Virus record (IMG/VR): IMGVR_UViG_3300025389_000011
From: a virus
Taxonomy: Duplodnaviria > Caudoviricetes
Direction: 5' to 3' (one strand)
Length of the DNA stretch: 64,000 nt
Shown here: piece by piece, positions 8,336 through 17,329 of the stretch
How positions within the stretch are numbered: position 1 is the first letter of the stretch
Layout: every line of letters starts with the position of its first letter
The notes under the pieces: model-generated
What the model was told of the DNA's origin: nothing
The model's input: only the letters and a program-made list of their open reading frames with translations
Database searches by the model: none
Made by a program: the position numbers and the translations under genes

Positions 8336-9814
8336 TCACTTATATTTTAGTTTTTCAACATCAAACGGGTAGTTAGCTTCTTTATAAAATGCTTTTCGTT
8401 GTGTTAAATGTCTTTTGGCAAATTTGCAATTACTTGTTATATCCCAAATCTGCACAAAATCTTTGTCTTCTGCTTTACGTATTCCTCGACCAATACTTTG
8501 TATAACTCTAACAAAACTCTTACCTGGTTCTAATAACATTACATTAAAGATACGGGGAATGTTAATACCAACTGCCGCTACACCATAAGTGGCAATAATG
8601 ATTTTGTTAGTAGCAGTAGCAATATCATCATAGTGTTCTGTACGTGTTGTACCTTTGGTATCTCCTGAAATGAACACTACATTTTCTTCTTTGATACCAT
8701 TTTCTTCTAATTTGAGGTGTAACAATTTACCAGCCTCAATTCTATCTACAAGTATTAGTGTGTTGCCTGTTTCTTTAATCTTAGTGGTTAACTCAGCAAT
8801 TTTATTCAGTCTTTTATCATCACTGGTTAAATATTTCAATTCACTTTGATAGTTACCAAACTCTACACCATCTTGTAACTGTACTATATTAACGTGACAC
8901 ATAGACAATACACCCATTTCTTGTAGTGTACTTGCGGCTAATTGATTGATGACAGGACCTATACTAACATGTAATGATGTTGATTCATGTTTAGCCTTAG
9001 GGATAGTTCCTGTTAGCCCCCAACGTAATGGTATATGGCTCATGACACCTGTCAATAATGTTTTCAGTACATCAGCCTTAGCCTGATGTACCTCGTCTAC
9101 AATAACACAAACCACGCCTTCTAAAAAGTCACCAATTGGTACCTCAGCTTCCCCTGCCTTGGTATTCTTTAACATGTTACCAAGACTTTGCCATGTGCAA
9201 ATAGTATGTGTCTTGTCATACTCTTTACGTCCACCATAGTAGACACCAACATTTAACCCCAAGTTAATATAGTCACGTTCTGTTTGTGTAACTAAACTTG
9301 TGTTAGGTACAATAACAATACTACGACCATATTGTTCAACACTATAGCTTAGTGCCGCGGTCATGATTGTTTTACCTGCACCTGTGGCAATTTCTTGTAA
9401 TGATTGCGGATTCTTTAGATAGTTATTGATGATTTCAATTTGATAGTCACGCAACACAATAGGCTGACCTTCTGCTGGATGCTTTTTAGGCCATACCTTG
9501 TGTTTGAAGGTATCCTCGGACACTTCAGCAAAATTAAACGTTGTTTGATATTGACGTACATCTTCCAATTCAATATCATAACCCGCGGCATCAAGTAATG
9601 GTAATATTTCTTCTAATAAATTTACATACGTACTACCAGCTAAACTAAAGAAACTTTGTTTACCATTCCAACGACCTAACCTTACACTTGGTAAGTATCT
9701 TGCCCCGGGAACTTCAAACTCAAATTTTTTCATCAATGCTTTGCGCTCAGGTAATTCTAAACCTTCAATCTTTACATTGACTTCGTCTTTAATAATTAAT
9801 TTACATTGTTTCAT
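8336..9814 (-). CDS. uvsW: UvsW-like SF2 DNA helicase
   Basis: ATGAGKT, IVDEVH, GLTGT, QSIGRGIR. Confidence 0.92.
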   Translation of the reverse strand: MKQCKLIIKDEVNVKIEGLELPERKALMKKFEFEVPGARYLPSVRLGRWNGKQSFFSLAGSTYVNLLEEILPLLDAAGYDIELEDVRQYQTTFNFAEVSEDTFKHKVWPKKHPAEGQPIVLRDYQIEIINNYLKNPQSLQEIATGAGKTIMTAALSYSVEQYGRSIVIVPNTSLVTQTERDYINLGLNVGVYYGGRKEYDKTHTICTWQSLGNMLKNTKAGEAEVPIGDFLEGVVCVIVDEVHQAKADVLKTLLTGVMSHIPLRWGLTGTIPKAKHESTSLHVSIGPVINQLAASTLQEMGVLSMCHVNIVQLQDGVEFGNYQSELKYLTSDDKRLNKIAELTTKIKETGNTLILVDRIEAGKLLHLKLEENGIKEENVVFISGDTKGTTRTEHYDDIATATNKIIIATYGVAAVGINIPRIFNVMLLEPGKSFVRVIQSIGRGIRKAEDKDFVQIWDITSNCKFAKRHLTQRKAFYKEANYPFDVEKLKYK

Positions 9815-10824
9815 TTAATATCCACTGGAGTTGAGTCTACCATTGTAATAATCTTTGCAAACCTATTTTTTGAATCATGTTCTGTTTGATTTCTAAATCC
9901 AACAGTAACTGGAAAATCATATTTTCTTTTAATGATTGTATCTTCAAGTATAACATCTATCGTTGTTTTTTGCAATATTTCTAGTAAATCACGTACAGGT
10001 TTTACATCAGTATATCTATATGTGTGCAAGAATACAGCATCACATCCTATTTCTTGTAACCATGGCACAATAATTGTTACCTCTGATACTTCTACTTTAG
10101 GAAACATATTAGCCATAAAATTTTGTTTTTTATCGCTTATGTCATAAACAGATTCATCTATTGTGACACCGTGATAAACTAAATTGGCAATTGTAATACT
10201 GTCAGTATTTAATACCATGTTACCTAAGGCCTCATCCAAATAAATATTTGTAGCAACAATATATAAATTACCATTGATATTACACAATGTGGGTTGCCAA
10301 TATCTAACATCTTTATAAGATTCTAGTTGATTTAGTAATGACTTGGTAATGTCACAGTAAAACATGTCCTTATAAAATTCATTAGCTACTTCTAACAATA
10401 TTTTTAGTTGAAATAATCCATAATCAACTTCATGCCTACGCAAATCCTTATTCCATTTAAAGTGATTATTAGGTTTTTTTCTAAAAGCATTTATAAAGTT
10501 TTTGTTGTAGGGACTTTTAAAATAAATTTTGTTATCTTCTATGGTAACATGACCTGTTGTATACTGTGGTGAACTTTCAATTACCTGCATGTCCCATGGT
10601 AAATAAATCAACTGGTCTACATCCAATTCATGTTTAACAAACTGTCTACGATACTTAAACACAATTTTATAAAACAATTCAACTTGATTAGTAGTAATTT
10701 GATCTAATGTTAGTAAATTGGTAACAAACCGTTCATCGAACCTACCTAGGCTGATGTTCTTTTTCATAAAGTGTGCAATATGCTCGGATGTTTTTAATTC
10801 TACCATTTTTATATTATAAAGCAA
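9811..10824 (-). CDS. Hypothetical protein
   Basis: 337-aa ORF with 4-nt overlap to uvsW. Confidence 0.7.
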   Translation of the reverse strand: MLYNIKMVELKTSEHIAHFMKKNISLGRFDERFVTNLLTLDQITTNQVELFYKIVFKYRRQFVKHELDVDQLIYLPWDMQVIESSPQYTTGHVTIEDNKIYFKSPYNKNFINAFRKKPNNHFKWNKDLRRHEVDYGLFQLKILLEVANEFYKDMFYCDITKSLLNQLESYKDVRYWQPTLCNINGNLYIVATNIYLDEALGNMVLNTDSITIANLVYHGVTIDESVYDISDKKQNFMANMFPKVEVSEVTIIVPWLQEIGCDAVFLHTYRYTDVKPVRDLLEILQKTTIDVILEDTIIKRKYDFPVTVGFRNQTEHDSKNRFAKIITMVDSTPVDIK

Positions 10825-10855
10825 TATACCAAGGAAAGCAAATAGAAAGGAAAAA

Positions 10856-10871
10856 AGGGACCGAAGTCCCT
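10856..10871 (-). terminator. Intrinsic terminator, AGGGAC-TTCG-GTCCCT followed by a T tract
   Basis: 6-bp stem, UUCG loop and U-run on minus strand after the AAA gene; same stem-loop at 29311-29326. Confidence 0.75.
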
Positions 10872-10892
10872 ATAAAATTGCATAAGCAATGA

Positions 10893-11924
10893 TTATGATT
10901 TCATGCAAGTTGTACGTGCAAGTGATTGCCAATTGCTAGGACTGATCTTAACCAAATCAGCAATTTTCAAACTCATACGCAAGGACACTTCACGCAATTT
11001 TGTATGATTGTCCCACATGAAGTCCAGTACCTCAGTTGCCTGAGCATCAGTGAAATCATAGTCTTTGAACAAGCCACCATCAGCATCACGATGGACCTGT
11101 TTGATACGCAACATCTTGTCACGCTCACTATCAATAGTGAGGTCCAAAAAGTGACAACGTGATTGCAATGCTTCCAAGTGATCCTGCATTTTTTTGCTTT
11201 TCACATTGTCAAACTTAATGTTTGTAATGAAAATTGCACTACCGTTGAAGTGAAACATGTTAGGAATACCTTCATCTTTCAACAAACGTGAATCACTGTT
11301 CCAGCAAATCTTACGTGTTTTGCCTGAATCCAGTGCAGCCTTGAGAATGTTCAATGCCAACTCATCACTAAAAACGCTGTCACAGTCATCGAAAATCAAT
11401 ACATTCTTTTTGTCGCTGTACTTGTACAATTGTGCATACAAGCCCAGTGCTGTCATAGCACCTTTGACAATATTGAAACGGACCTTCTTGCCAGCAATCT
11501 TGTCAAACATGCTAGCCTTTTCCATTTGTGTTTCAACCCCGTATGATTTACCAACACCAGGGGGGCCTGAAACAATCATAGCACGAATATCACCACTGAT
11601 ACATGCCTTAGACATTTCATCAAGCACCGCAAAACGTGTTGCAATACGATCCATAGCCTCTACCTCAGTTTCTTTAACTTCAGTCTGCACTTTTTTAAAC
11701 TCCACTGTATTTTCTTTCACGGCTTCTCCATTTAAAAATTGAATGTCTTCAATACTATCTACTTTAACTTTAACTTCATCAATTGCAATTGCAAATTGCC
11801 CATCATTTTTTACAGTAACAAAACTGCCTTTTTTACCTGTTTGAAAACCCTTGACTAGAGTAAACACTTCACCTGCTACTGGCTGATTGCGATATGACCC
11901 AGAAAGAATGCGAATCGTTGACAT
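10893..11924 (-). CDS. AAA+ / P-loop ATPase
   Basis: GPPGVGKS Walker A, LIFDDCD Walker B, ALQSRC arginine finger. Confidence 0.85.
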   Translation of the reverse strand: MSTIRILSGSYRNQPVAGEVFTLVKGFQTGKKGSFVTVKNDGQFAIAIDEVKVKVDSIEDIQFLNGEAVKENTVEFKKVQTEVKETEVEAMDRIATRFAVLDEMSKACISGDIRAMIVSGPPGVGKSYGVETQMEKASMFDKIAGKKVRFNIVKGAMTALGLYAQLYKYSDKKNVLIFDDCDSVFSDELALNILKAALDSGKTRKICWNSDSRLLKDEGIPNMFHFNGSAIFITNIKFDNVKSKKMQDHLEALQSRCHFLDLTIDSERDKMLRIKQVHRDADGGLFKDYDFTDAQATEVLDFMWDNHTKLREVSLRMSLKIADLVKISPSNWQSLARTTCMKS

Positions 11925-11958
11925 ATTTATATGCTCCGTTTAGTTAATCAATACAAGT

Positions 11959-11987
11959 ATTATAAGCCCAAAACGATTTATTGTCAA
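11959..11987 (-). promoter_or_regulatory. Consensus sigma70 early promoter
   Basis: TTGACA-17 nt-TATAAT. Confidence 0.85.
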
Positions 11988-11989
11988 AT

Positions 11990-12172
11990 TTAGGAGTTGG
12001 CTGTTGCAAAAGGGCTATATAATTCATCGTAGACTGATTCCAATACGTCATCAATCATTTCTACTGGAATATCCAATGTTCTGGCGATTTGCTCGGGGCA
12101 ACTACCATGATCCAACATAATACGAATTTCCATATCCAATTCAGCCATCTTTGACATTTTGTGTCCTTTCAA
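11990..12172 (-). CDS. Small hypothetical protein
   Basis: 60-aa ORF coupled to the upstream ORF. Confidence 0.55.
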   Translation of the reverse strand: MKGHKMSKMAELDMEIRIMLDHGSCPEQIARTLDIPVEMIDDVLESVYDELYSPFATANS

Positions 12173-12381
12173 AGTTTTGCAATTAATTGATTGTGAATGA
12201 GGTTCATCTCATCCTGCTCTACATAAAAATCAGTCCTAGGATCATAGTACTGACCTTCTTTGTTGTCATAATACAACACTCGACCGCTAAAATTGAACGG
12301 ACCTTCTAGACCTTTGCGTGGGCCATACTTGGTACGCATTTCATCCATTTGGTACTTGTCAGCAACGATTTTATAACTCAT
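12169..12381 (-). CDS. Small hypothetical protein
   Basis: 70 aa, GGAG RBS, promoter at 12417-12445. Confidence 0.7.
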   Translation of the reverse strand: MSYKIVADKYQMDEMRTKYGPRKGLEGPFNFSGRVLYYDNKEGQYYDPRTDFYVEQDEMNLIHNQLIAKL

Positions 12382-12416
12382 AATACCAGCTCCGTTTTGT
12401 TAGTGTCAATACAAGT

Positions 12417-12445
12417 ATTGTAGTCTAAAATGGATTTATTGTCAA
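12417..12445 (-). promoter_or_regulatory. Sigma70 early promoter
   Basis: TTGACA-17 nt-TACAAT. Confidence 0.8.
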
Positions 12446-12498
12446 ATAATTGAGACTAAAAAGTTGTTGCTTTTACACAACAACTTTTGTAGTACTAA

Positions 12499-12573
12499 TT
12501 ACTTACTGTCTTTGGGACAGGGGTTATATTTCCAGTGCCATTTTCTACATTTTGTGCATGTCCAAACTGTCAT
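12499..12573 (-). CDS. 24-aa Cys/His microprotein MTVWTCTKCRKWHWKYNPCPKDSK (not in ORF track)
   Basis: AAGGAG RBS 4 nt before ATG, own promoter 12602-12630, hairpin downstream at about 12458-12488. Confidence 0.7.
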   Translation of the reverse strand: MTVWTCTKCRKWHWKYNPCPKDSK

Positions 12574-12601
12574 ATAAACTCCTTTTTGTTAGTGAATATG
12601 T

Positions 12602-12630
12602 ATTATATGTGATAACGGATTTATTGTCAA
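12602..12630 (-). promoter_or_regulatory. Consensus sigma70 early promoter
   Basis: TTGACA-17 nt-TATAAT. Confidence 0.85.
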
Positions 12631-13232
12631 TAATTTAATTTCCAAATGCAATTAATAAGATATATTAACCGTTCACTTGTAGTTACAGGTACCCCGTGCC
12701 ATGAGTTTGGCATATTACCCCAAACGCTACCTGAAAATTTTTTTGAGGGACTTTGATGCTTTTGTGTCCACTCTCCGGTATTTGGATTATGTGCATAAAA
12801 GGTAGTACCGCAATCAATAGCATCTTGTAAATGTACCACACCTGCTAATACAGTATGATGAGGATCAGTATGTATAGCCTGACTAAATCCAACTGAATCT
12901 TTTATTAGAGTTGACCCAATTATTATATTATCCTTTATAAAAGATAAGGGCTGTGTATGATAGTATTTAAAGTGTTCGTGTTCATTTAGTTTAGGAAGAA
13001 TAATATCATAAATAAAATCTTTTGTCCATTTATTGATTTGTATCATGTTATCACAATCTACAATAGACCTATGCACAAATGGTTGTTGCCGGTCGTTTAT
13101 TCTAATGGGAACATGATACTGTTTAGTTTTTTCTTCATTAATAACAGGATTAATAGGAAGGGGAGGATTAACATCAGTAAAATCAATTACTGCGTTATAC
13201 ATATAAGGCCCCTCAACTGTGGTTAAATTCAT
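12627..13232 (-). CDS. 2OG-Fe(II) oxygenase superfamily protein
   Basis: HTD...WHGV...R facial triad and 2OG-binding Arg pattern. Confidence 0.7.
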   Translation of the reverse strand: MNLTTVEGPYMYNAVIDFTDVNPPLPINPVINEEKTKQYHVPIRINDRQQPFVHRSIVDCDNMIQINKWTKDFIYDIILPKLNEHEHFKYYHTQPLSFIKDNIIIGSTLIKDSVGFSQAIHTDPHHTVLAGVVHLQDAIDCGTTFYAHNPNTGEWTQKHQSPSKKFSGSVWGNMPNSWHGVPVTTSERLIYLINCIWKLNY

Positions 13233-14104
13233 AGTGCTGTGAAATCAATTTCCCAATTTTTAATATGGTAATAATCTACTCCATCTTTTGTAGAGTATTT
13301 ATAGTAACCTTGAATAGGGACCTCAGTTTGTTCAAAGAAATATTCCCATAAATGTGCTAATTTATTATCCAATGGGATTTCCAATTTATACATTTTTTTA
13401 GAATCATCTTTTAACCAATATTCAGTAAACTTACTTGTTCTCTTTTTTACAATCAATTTAGTTAAAGGATTAAGCCTTACTGTTTTTGAAAAATTATCAG
13501 TTGGTTCAAATTTTTTAGTTAATTCATTCATCATAACCATATCATCGAAACCAATATCATACTCATAAAATTCAGGCAAGCGATACACCAATGGCATCAT
13601 TTCTTCCTTAAAGATTTTCCCATCACTATGAATAAATGAATTTAAATCTTTTCTAAAGGCTGATAACTTGTGATCCTTCAATGCAAAAACCATAAACTTT
13701 TTGCTATAATAGTCACGAATTTCTTTTGCACGTTCTCTATCACAAGGTTCAATATTTTCAAATAAAGTATTATCTGTTAATGATGATGGGCGAGGAATAA
13801 TATGATTACCTGCTTTTCTTATCTTATGCCAAACAACACTTAATATTAGCAAATCTTCAGGGCTTTCAAATACTTCATATCTCTTAACCTGATTCATACG
13901 CATACTACTAAGCATTGACTCAAGTTTATCATGTGATGCATTTCCACCAAGTGTTAGATTACCCAATCCAATGCTAGACAATTGACCTTGACCATTTACT
14001 GATATTGAGGGGCTACCACTGATTGATAAACCCTGACCAGCAATAACAACATTAGGATGATTATGTCCGGTGATTTGCACAGTACCTCTTCCATTGTAAC
14101 TCAT
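13229..14104 (-). CDS. Hypothetical protein
   Basis: 291-aa ORF with 4-nt overlaps. Confidence 0.7.
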   Translation of the reverse strand: MSYNGRGTVQITGHNHPNVVIAGQGLSISGSPSISVNGQGQLSSIGLGNLTLGGNASHDKLESMLSSMRMNQVKRYEVFESPEDLLILSVVWHKIRKAGNHIIPRPSSLTDNTLFENIEPCDRERAKEIRDYYSKKFMVFALKDHKLSAFRKDLNSFIHSDGKIFKEEMMPLVYRLPEFYEYDIGFDDMVMMNELTKKFEPTDNFSKTVRLNPLTKLIVKKRTSKFTEYWLKDDSKKMYKLEIPLDNKLAHLWEYFFEQTEVPIQGYYKYSTKDGVDYYHIKNWEIDFTAL

Positions 14105-14556
14105 ATGATTATATCTTCCATTCCAGCAGTTCTTAATCTAACAATATGACCCATTTGCCATTGTTTGGCTTCAAGTCCCTTTAATATACCTAACCAACTA
14201 TTTCTTAGTAATGCTACCTCATTAATCAATACTTCAAAATCAATGACTTCATCTTCACCATCAACATACTTTTCAGCATCACGGCTTGTCAATGCTCTAT
14301 TATACGCTTCTAAATATTTTTGAAAATGTTTTCGGCGAATTTTCCGTAATTGAATGTTAAGGTAGTTTAGTACTGCCTCTATTTCTTGTAACTGATTGAA
14401 ACGGTGTTCTGTGACACCCGGAATAGCGGCAATGTTTTTTTCAACATTTCCGCTAATCTTTACTTCGTTTTTTGCCGACGTTAACTCTGATTCATAGTGT
14501 GTTATGAAATCAGGTATGACACTTAAATCATACGTGATACGTGTGTACCAGTTCAT
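14101..14556 (-). CDS. uvsY: UvsY-like recombination mediator
   Basis: Helical, RDAEKYVDGE...LKGLEAKQWQ, two genes downstream of uvsX. Confidence 0.8.
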   Translation of the reverse strand: MNWYTRITYDLSVIPDFITHYESELTSAKNEVKISGNVEKNIAAIPGVTEHRFNQLQEIEAVLNYLNIQLRKIRRKHFQKYLEAYNRALTSRDAEKYVDGEDEVIDFEVLINEVALLRNSWLGILKGLEAKQWQMGHIVRLRTAGMEDIII

Positions 14557-14820
14557 TTAATCCCAATCGTTGTCGTTGTCGTTGTAATCGTCTTCTTCGT
14601 ATTCGTCTTCATCGTACTCATCTTCTACAAAGTTTTCTTCTGCATATCCTTTTAATGCCTTAGTAATTATTTTATCACTAAATGCATCTTTGATATCATC
14701 AACTTCATAGTTGTTTTCCATTAGATAAGTAACCAATGCGTCAGCTGCCTCTGCACGGTCGTTTAAATCAATATGGTCGCATAGTACTTCCCATACTTCT
14801 GAAATTAAACTCAAACTCAT
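14557..14820 (-). CDS. Acidic hypothetical protein
   Basis: 87 aa, D/E-rich tail. Confidence 0.7.
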   Translation of the reverse strand: MSLSLISEVWEVLCDHIDLNDRAEAADALVTYLMENNYEVDDIKDAFSDKIITKALKGYAEENFVEDEYDEDEYEEDDYNDNDNDWD

Positions 14821-15881
14821 TCTGTTTCCTCCTCAGGTGTTACAGTACTTATCTTTGAGTTTGTTTTTTGTGTGTACTCTGCCATAACTTTATCTAGGCA
14901 ACCATCAGTATTTGCTTCCCATGCTTTGCGAAACTTTTTAATGATTTCACCATCAAGTGTAGTATAGACAAGACTGTTACCTTCTTTCTTAACAAGTTCA
15001 GCCTTCTCAATCATATCAAGCATGCCTGAGTAAGGACTCATACCTGTTTCATAAGGAATCTTAACTTGTACTGATTCAAAGGGTTTAGCGTAGCGTGTTT
15101 TCATAATCTTGCAACTTGCACGAATACCACGTACATCACTAATCTTGTTACCGTCTTCGTCTTCTTTAAGTTTAAGTTTCTTCATAGCAACTACAATACT
15201 ACTTGCATAAACGAAACCTTGACCACCACTGATTTTATCATCAGGGTCAAACATGTCTTGACTTGCGTATGTGTGATTAGTAGCAACTAATCCTACATTG
15301 TGATTACCAAACATGTTAACACAATTACGAACAAGTGCTGTTAGTGCTTTAGGCTTACGACCCATGTCACCTTTCATATCACCTGCTTCAAATTGATTCA
15401 CATCAGTTGGTGTCAATAGCATACCAAGACTGTCAATGATAAACAATACTTTAGGTTTATCTTCTGTTGGCAATACTTTATATGACTTCATGAATTCTGA
15501 AATAGTTTTACCTACATCATCAATCATAGCCATGTTTAGTTTCAATAATTTATCTTCACCTGTATCTACACCTAAAGCATGTAGCCAGGCTTCATCTAAC
15601 GCATTCTCTGTGTCAATTAAGACAACAAAGATGCCTTGTTGTTGTGCGTGTCTAACAAGGTTCCCTGAGCAGATAAAACTTTTTCCTGCTCCTGATTCTC
15701 CGGCAAAGACAGTAACTTTACCAAGAGGGACGCCTTTATTAAAATCACCGCTAATGAGGTAGTTGAGAGCATAATTTCCTGTCGAGATCCAATCAGTTGG
15801 GTCATTAAACCCAATAGACAGACCATCAATACTTTTTGTTATATCCTTGCGGAATTTACTTACATCAAATGGCTTAGCCAA
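14817..15881 (-). CDS. uvsX: UvsX/RecA-like recombinase
   Basis: FAGESGAGKS, IIDSLG, ISGGQG, KTRYAKPF. Confidence 0.93.
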   Translation of the reverse strand: MAKPFDVSKFRKDITKSIDGLSIGFNDPTDWISTGNYALNYLISGDFNKGVPLGKVTVFAGESGAGKSFICSGNLVRHAQQQGIFVVLIDTENALDEAWLHALGVDTGEDKLLKLNMAMIDDVGKTISEFMKSYKVLPTEDKPKVLFIIDSLGMLLTPTDVNQFEAGDMKGDMGRKPKALTALVRNCVNMFGNHNVGLVATNHTYASQDMFDPDDKISGGQGFVYASSIVVAMKKLKLKEDEDGNKISDVRGIRASCKIMKTRYAKPFESVQVKIPYETGMSPYSGMLDMIEKAELVKKEGNSLVYTTLDGEIIKKFRKAWEANTDGCLDKVMAEYTQKTNSKISTVTPEEETE

Positions 15882-15893
15882 GTTATTCTCCTG

Positions 15894-16133
15894 TTATCTG
15901 TTTATTGTACCGTTTAATCGTATTCTATCAGTATATGCAATTTTATCAAGTAAATCGGGACATTGGTCTGCCATCATGTCTATTTCATAGTCATTGGGAT
16001 AGTGTCGCAATGCGCCTCTAGCACGTTCACGGATAATGCCTGGTACCCTAGGTGTCTTACCTGGATCACATAATTCTTCCAATAGTTTTTTACCTTGCTT
16101 TAAGGAACGATATCTTTCGTCTGGTAATGTCAT
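15894..16133 (-). CDS. Hypothetical protein
   Basis: MTLPDERYR...LRHYP, GGAG RBS. Confidence 0.75.
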   Translation of the reverse strand: MTLPDERYRSLKQGKKLLEELCDPGKTPRVPGIIRERARGALRHYPNDYEIDMMADQCPDLLDKIAYTDRIRLNGTINR

Positions 16134-16147
16134 GGTTATTCTCCTAA

Positions 16148-16169
16148 TAGGGGGAGATACCTCCCCCTA
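16148..16169 (-). terminator. Hairpin after gp32
   Basis: TAGGGGGAG/CTCCCCCTA 9-bp inverted repeat, 4-nt loop. Confidence 0.55.
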
Positions 16170-16174
16170 ATACC

Positions 16175-17170
16175 TTATGCCGTTTTATTTTGTCTAGCAC
16201 GGATCATTGCTAGAATGTCGTTTGCCTTATCGCTACTTGGATTAGCTTTTGGGACTACGATAGGAGAATTAGTTGAAACTTCATCAGGCTCATCTTCTGC
16301 TACGGGCGCTGTTGCGGGAGAGGATGCGTTTTGTGAATTTCCCTCTGTTTGTTTGTCCGCTGTTGAACCTGCAGATGCTTCTAAACCATATGGACGATAG
16401 TATTGACCCCAACGCTCTAAGTCGTAAGGTTGACCATCTACTGATGCCTCAAACATTTCTTTGATGATACGCAATTCTGCTTCACCGGGTTTCTTAGGCA
16501 AAAAGTCTGTTAAATTAAACAAACCATGAGCCTCGATTGCCGCGGCTTCTGCCTCTGTTAATGCACTTTCTTTACGTGCCCAGTTACTTGTAGAGTAATC
16601 TGCGTAACCACCTTTACTAGTTTTCTTAACGTTAAAGTCAAGACCACGTAGATAGTCTGTTGGCAATTCTTCCATTTCAGGATCCATTAAGCTGGACTTG
16701 ATGATAGTGAAAATTTGTGGACTGATAATAAATCTACGAATTGGGTTAGTAGGAGTCTTGTCATCACCTAGTGGATTTTGACGAACAAAACCTTGGAATA
16801 GATAACTACGTTTCTTCCAATACTTGTTTGCCATTTCTTTCAATGTTTCGTCTTTATACCATGGACGAACTTCAGCTAAGATAGGACATGCATCACCATA
16901 CATTTCCATGCATGGTACTTGTACATCAATTTTCTTAACGTTAGGATCACCCTTAACGCCATTGAATGCTAGTTTAATGATTTGACGTTCTACCCAAAAG
17001 AATGTGTTCTTTGAGTCCGCATCTGGCAAGAAACGAACAGTCGCTGTTGCGCCTTCGTCAATGTTCCAGTGGGGGTAGATAGAATTATCAGATTGGGTGT
17101 TAGAACCCTTTTGATTTTGCTTTGTGTCTTGCGCTTGAATACGGGCGCGGATTTCTGCTAAAGATGCCAT
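16175..17170 (-). CDS. 32: Single-stranded DNA-binding protein, T4 gp32-like
   Basis: LAEIRARI N-terminus, VRFLPD, VPCMEMYGDACPI, GYADYSTS, ILAMIRARQ. Confidence 0.88.
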   Translation of the reverse strand: MASLAEIRARIQAQDTKQNQKGSNTQSDNSIYPHWNIDEGATATVRFLPDADSKNTFFWVERQIIKLAFNGVKGDPNVKKIDVQVPCMEMYGDACPILAEVRPWYKDETLKEMANKYWKKRSYLFQGFVRQNPLGDDKTPTNPIRRFIISPQIFTIIKSSLMDPEMEELPTDYLRGLDFNVKKTSKGGYADYSTSNWARKESALTEAEAAAIEAHGLFNLTDFLPKKPGEAELRIIKEMFEASVDGQPYDLERWGQYYRPYGLEASAGSTADKQTEGNSQNASSPATAPVAEDEPDEVSTNSPIVVPKANPSSDKANDILAMIRARQNKTA

Positions 17171-17245
17171 AATATATTTCCTTATAAATTGAGATGGTCT
17201 CGTTTTTAATGTCGCTACTCCCTATGAGTAACTAACACAAGTGTA

Positions 17246-17283
17246 AGTTTAGCATGTTCTTACAGATGCGTCAATAGTATTTA
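17246..17283 (-). promoter_or_regulatory. Sigma70-like promoter plus TAAATA late motif upstream of gp32
   Basis: TTGACG-17 nt-TAAACT at 17246-17274; TAAATA at 17278-17283. Confidence 0.55.
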
Positions 17284-17329
17284 TGCCGGATATGGTAAAC
17301 CTCACCTTTTAAGTGAGGTTTTGGGTGAA

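Noticed and set aside
12450-12638. Plus-strand 62-aa ORF
   Set aside because: Overlaps two minus-strand promoters and the RBS-supported 24-aa minus ORF
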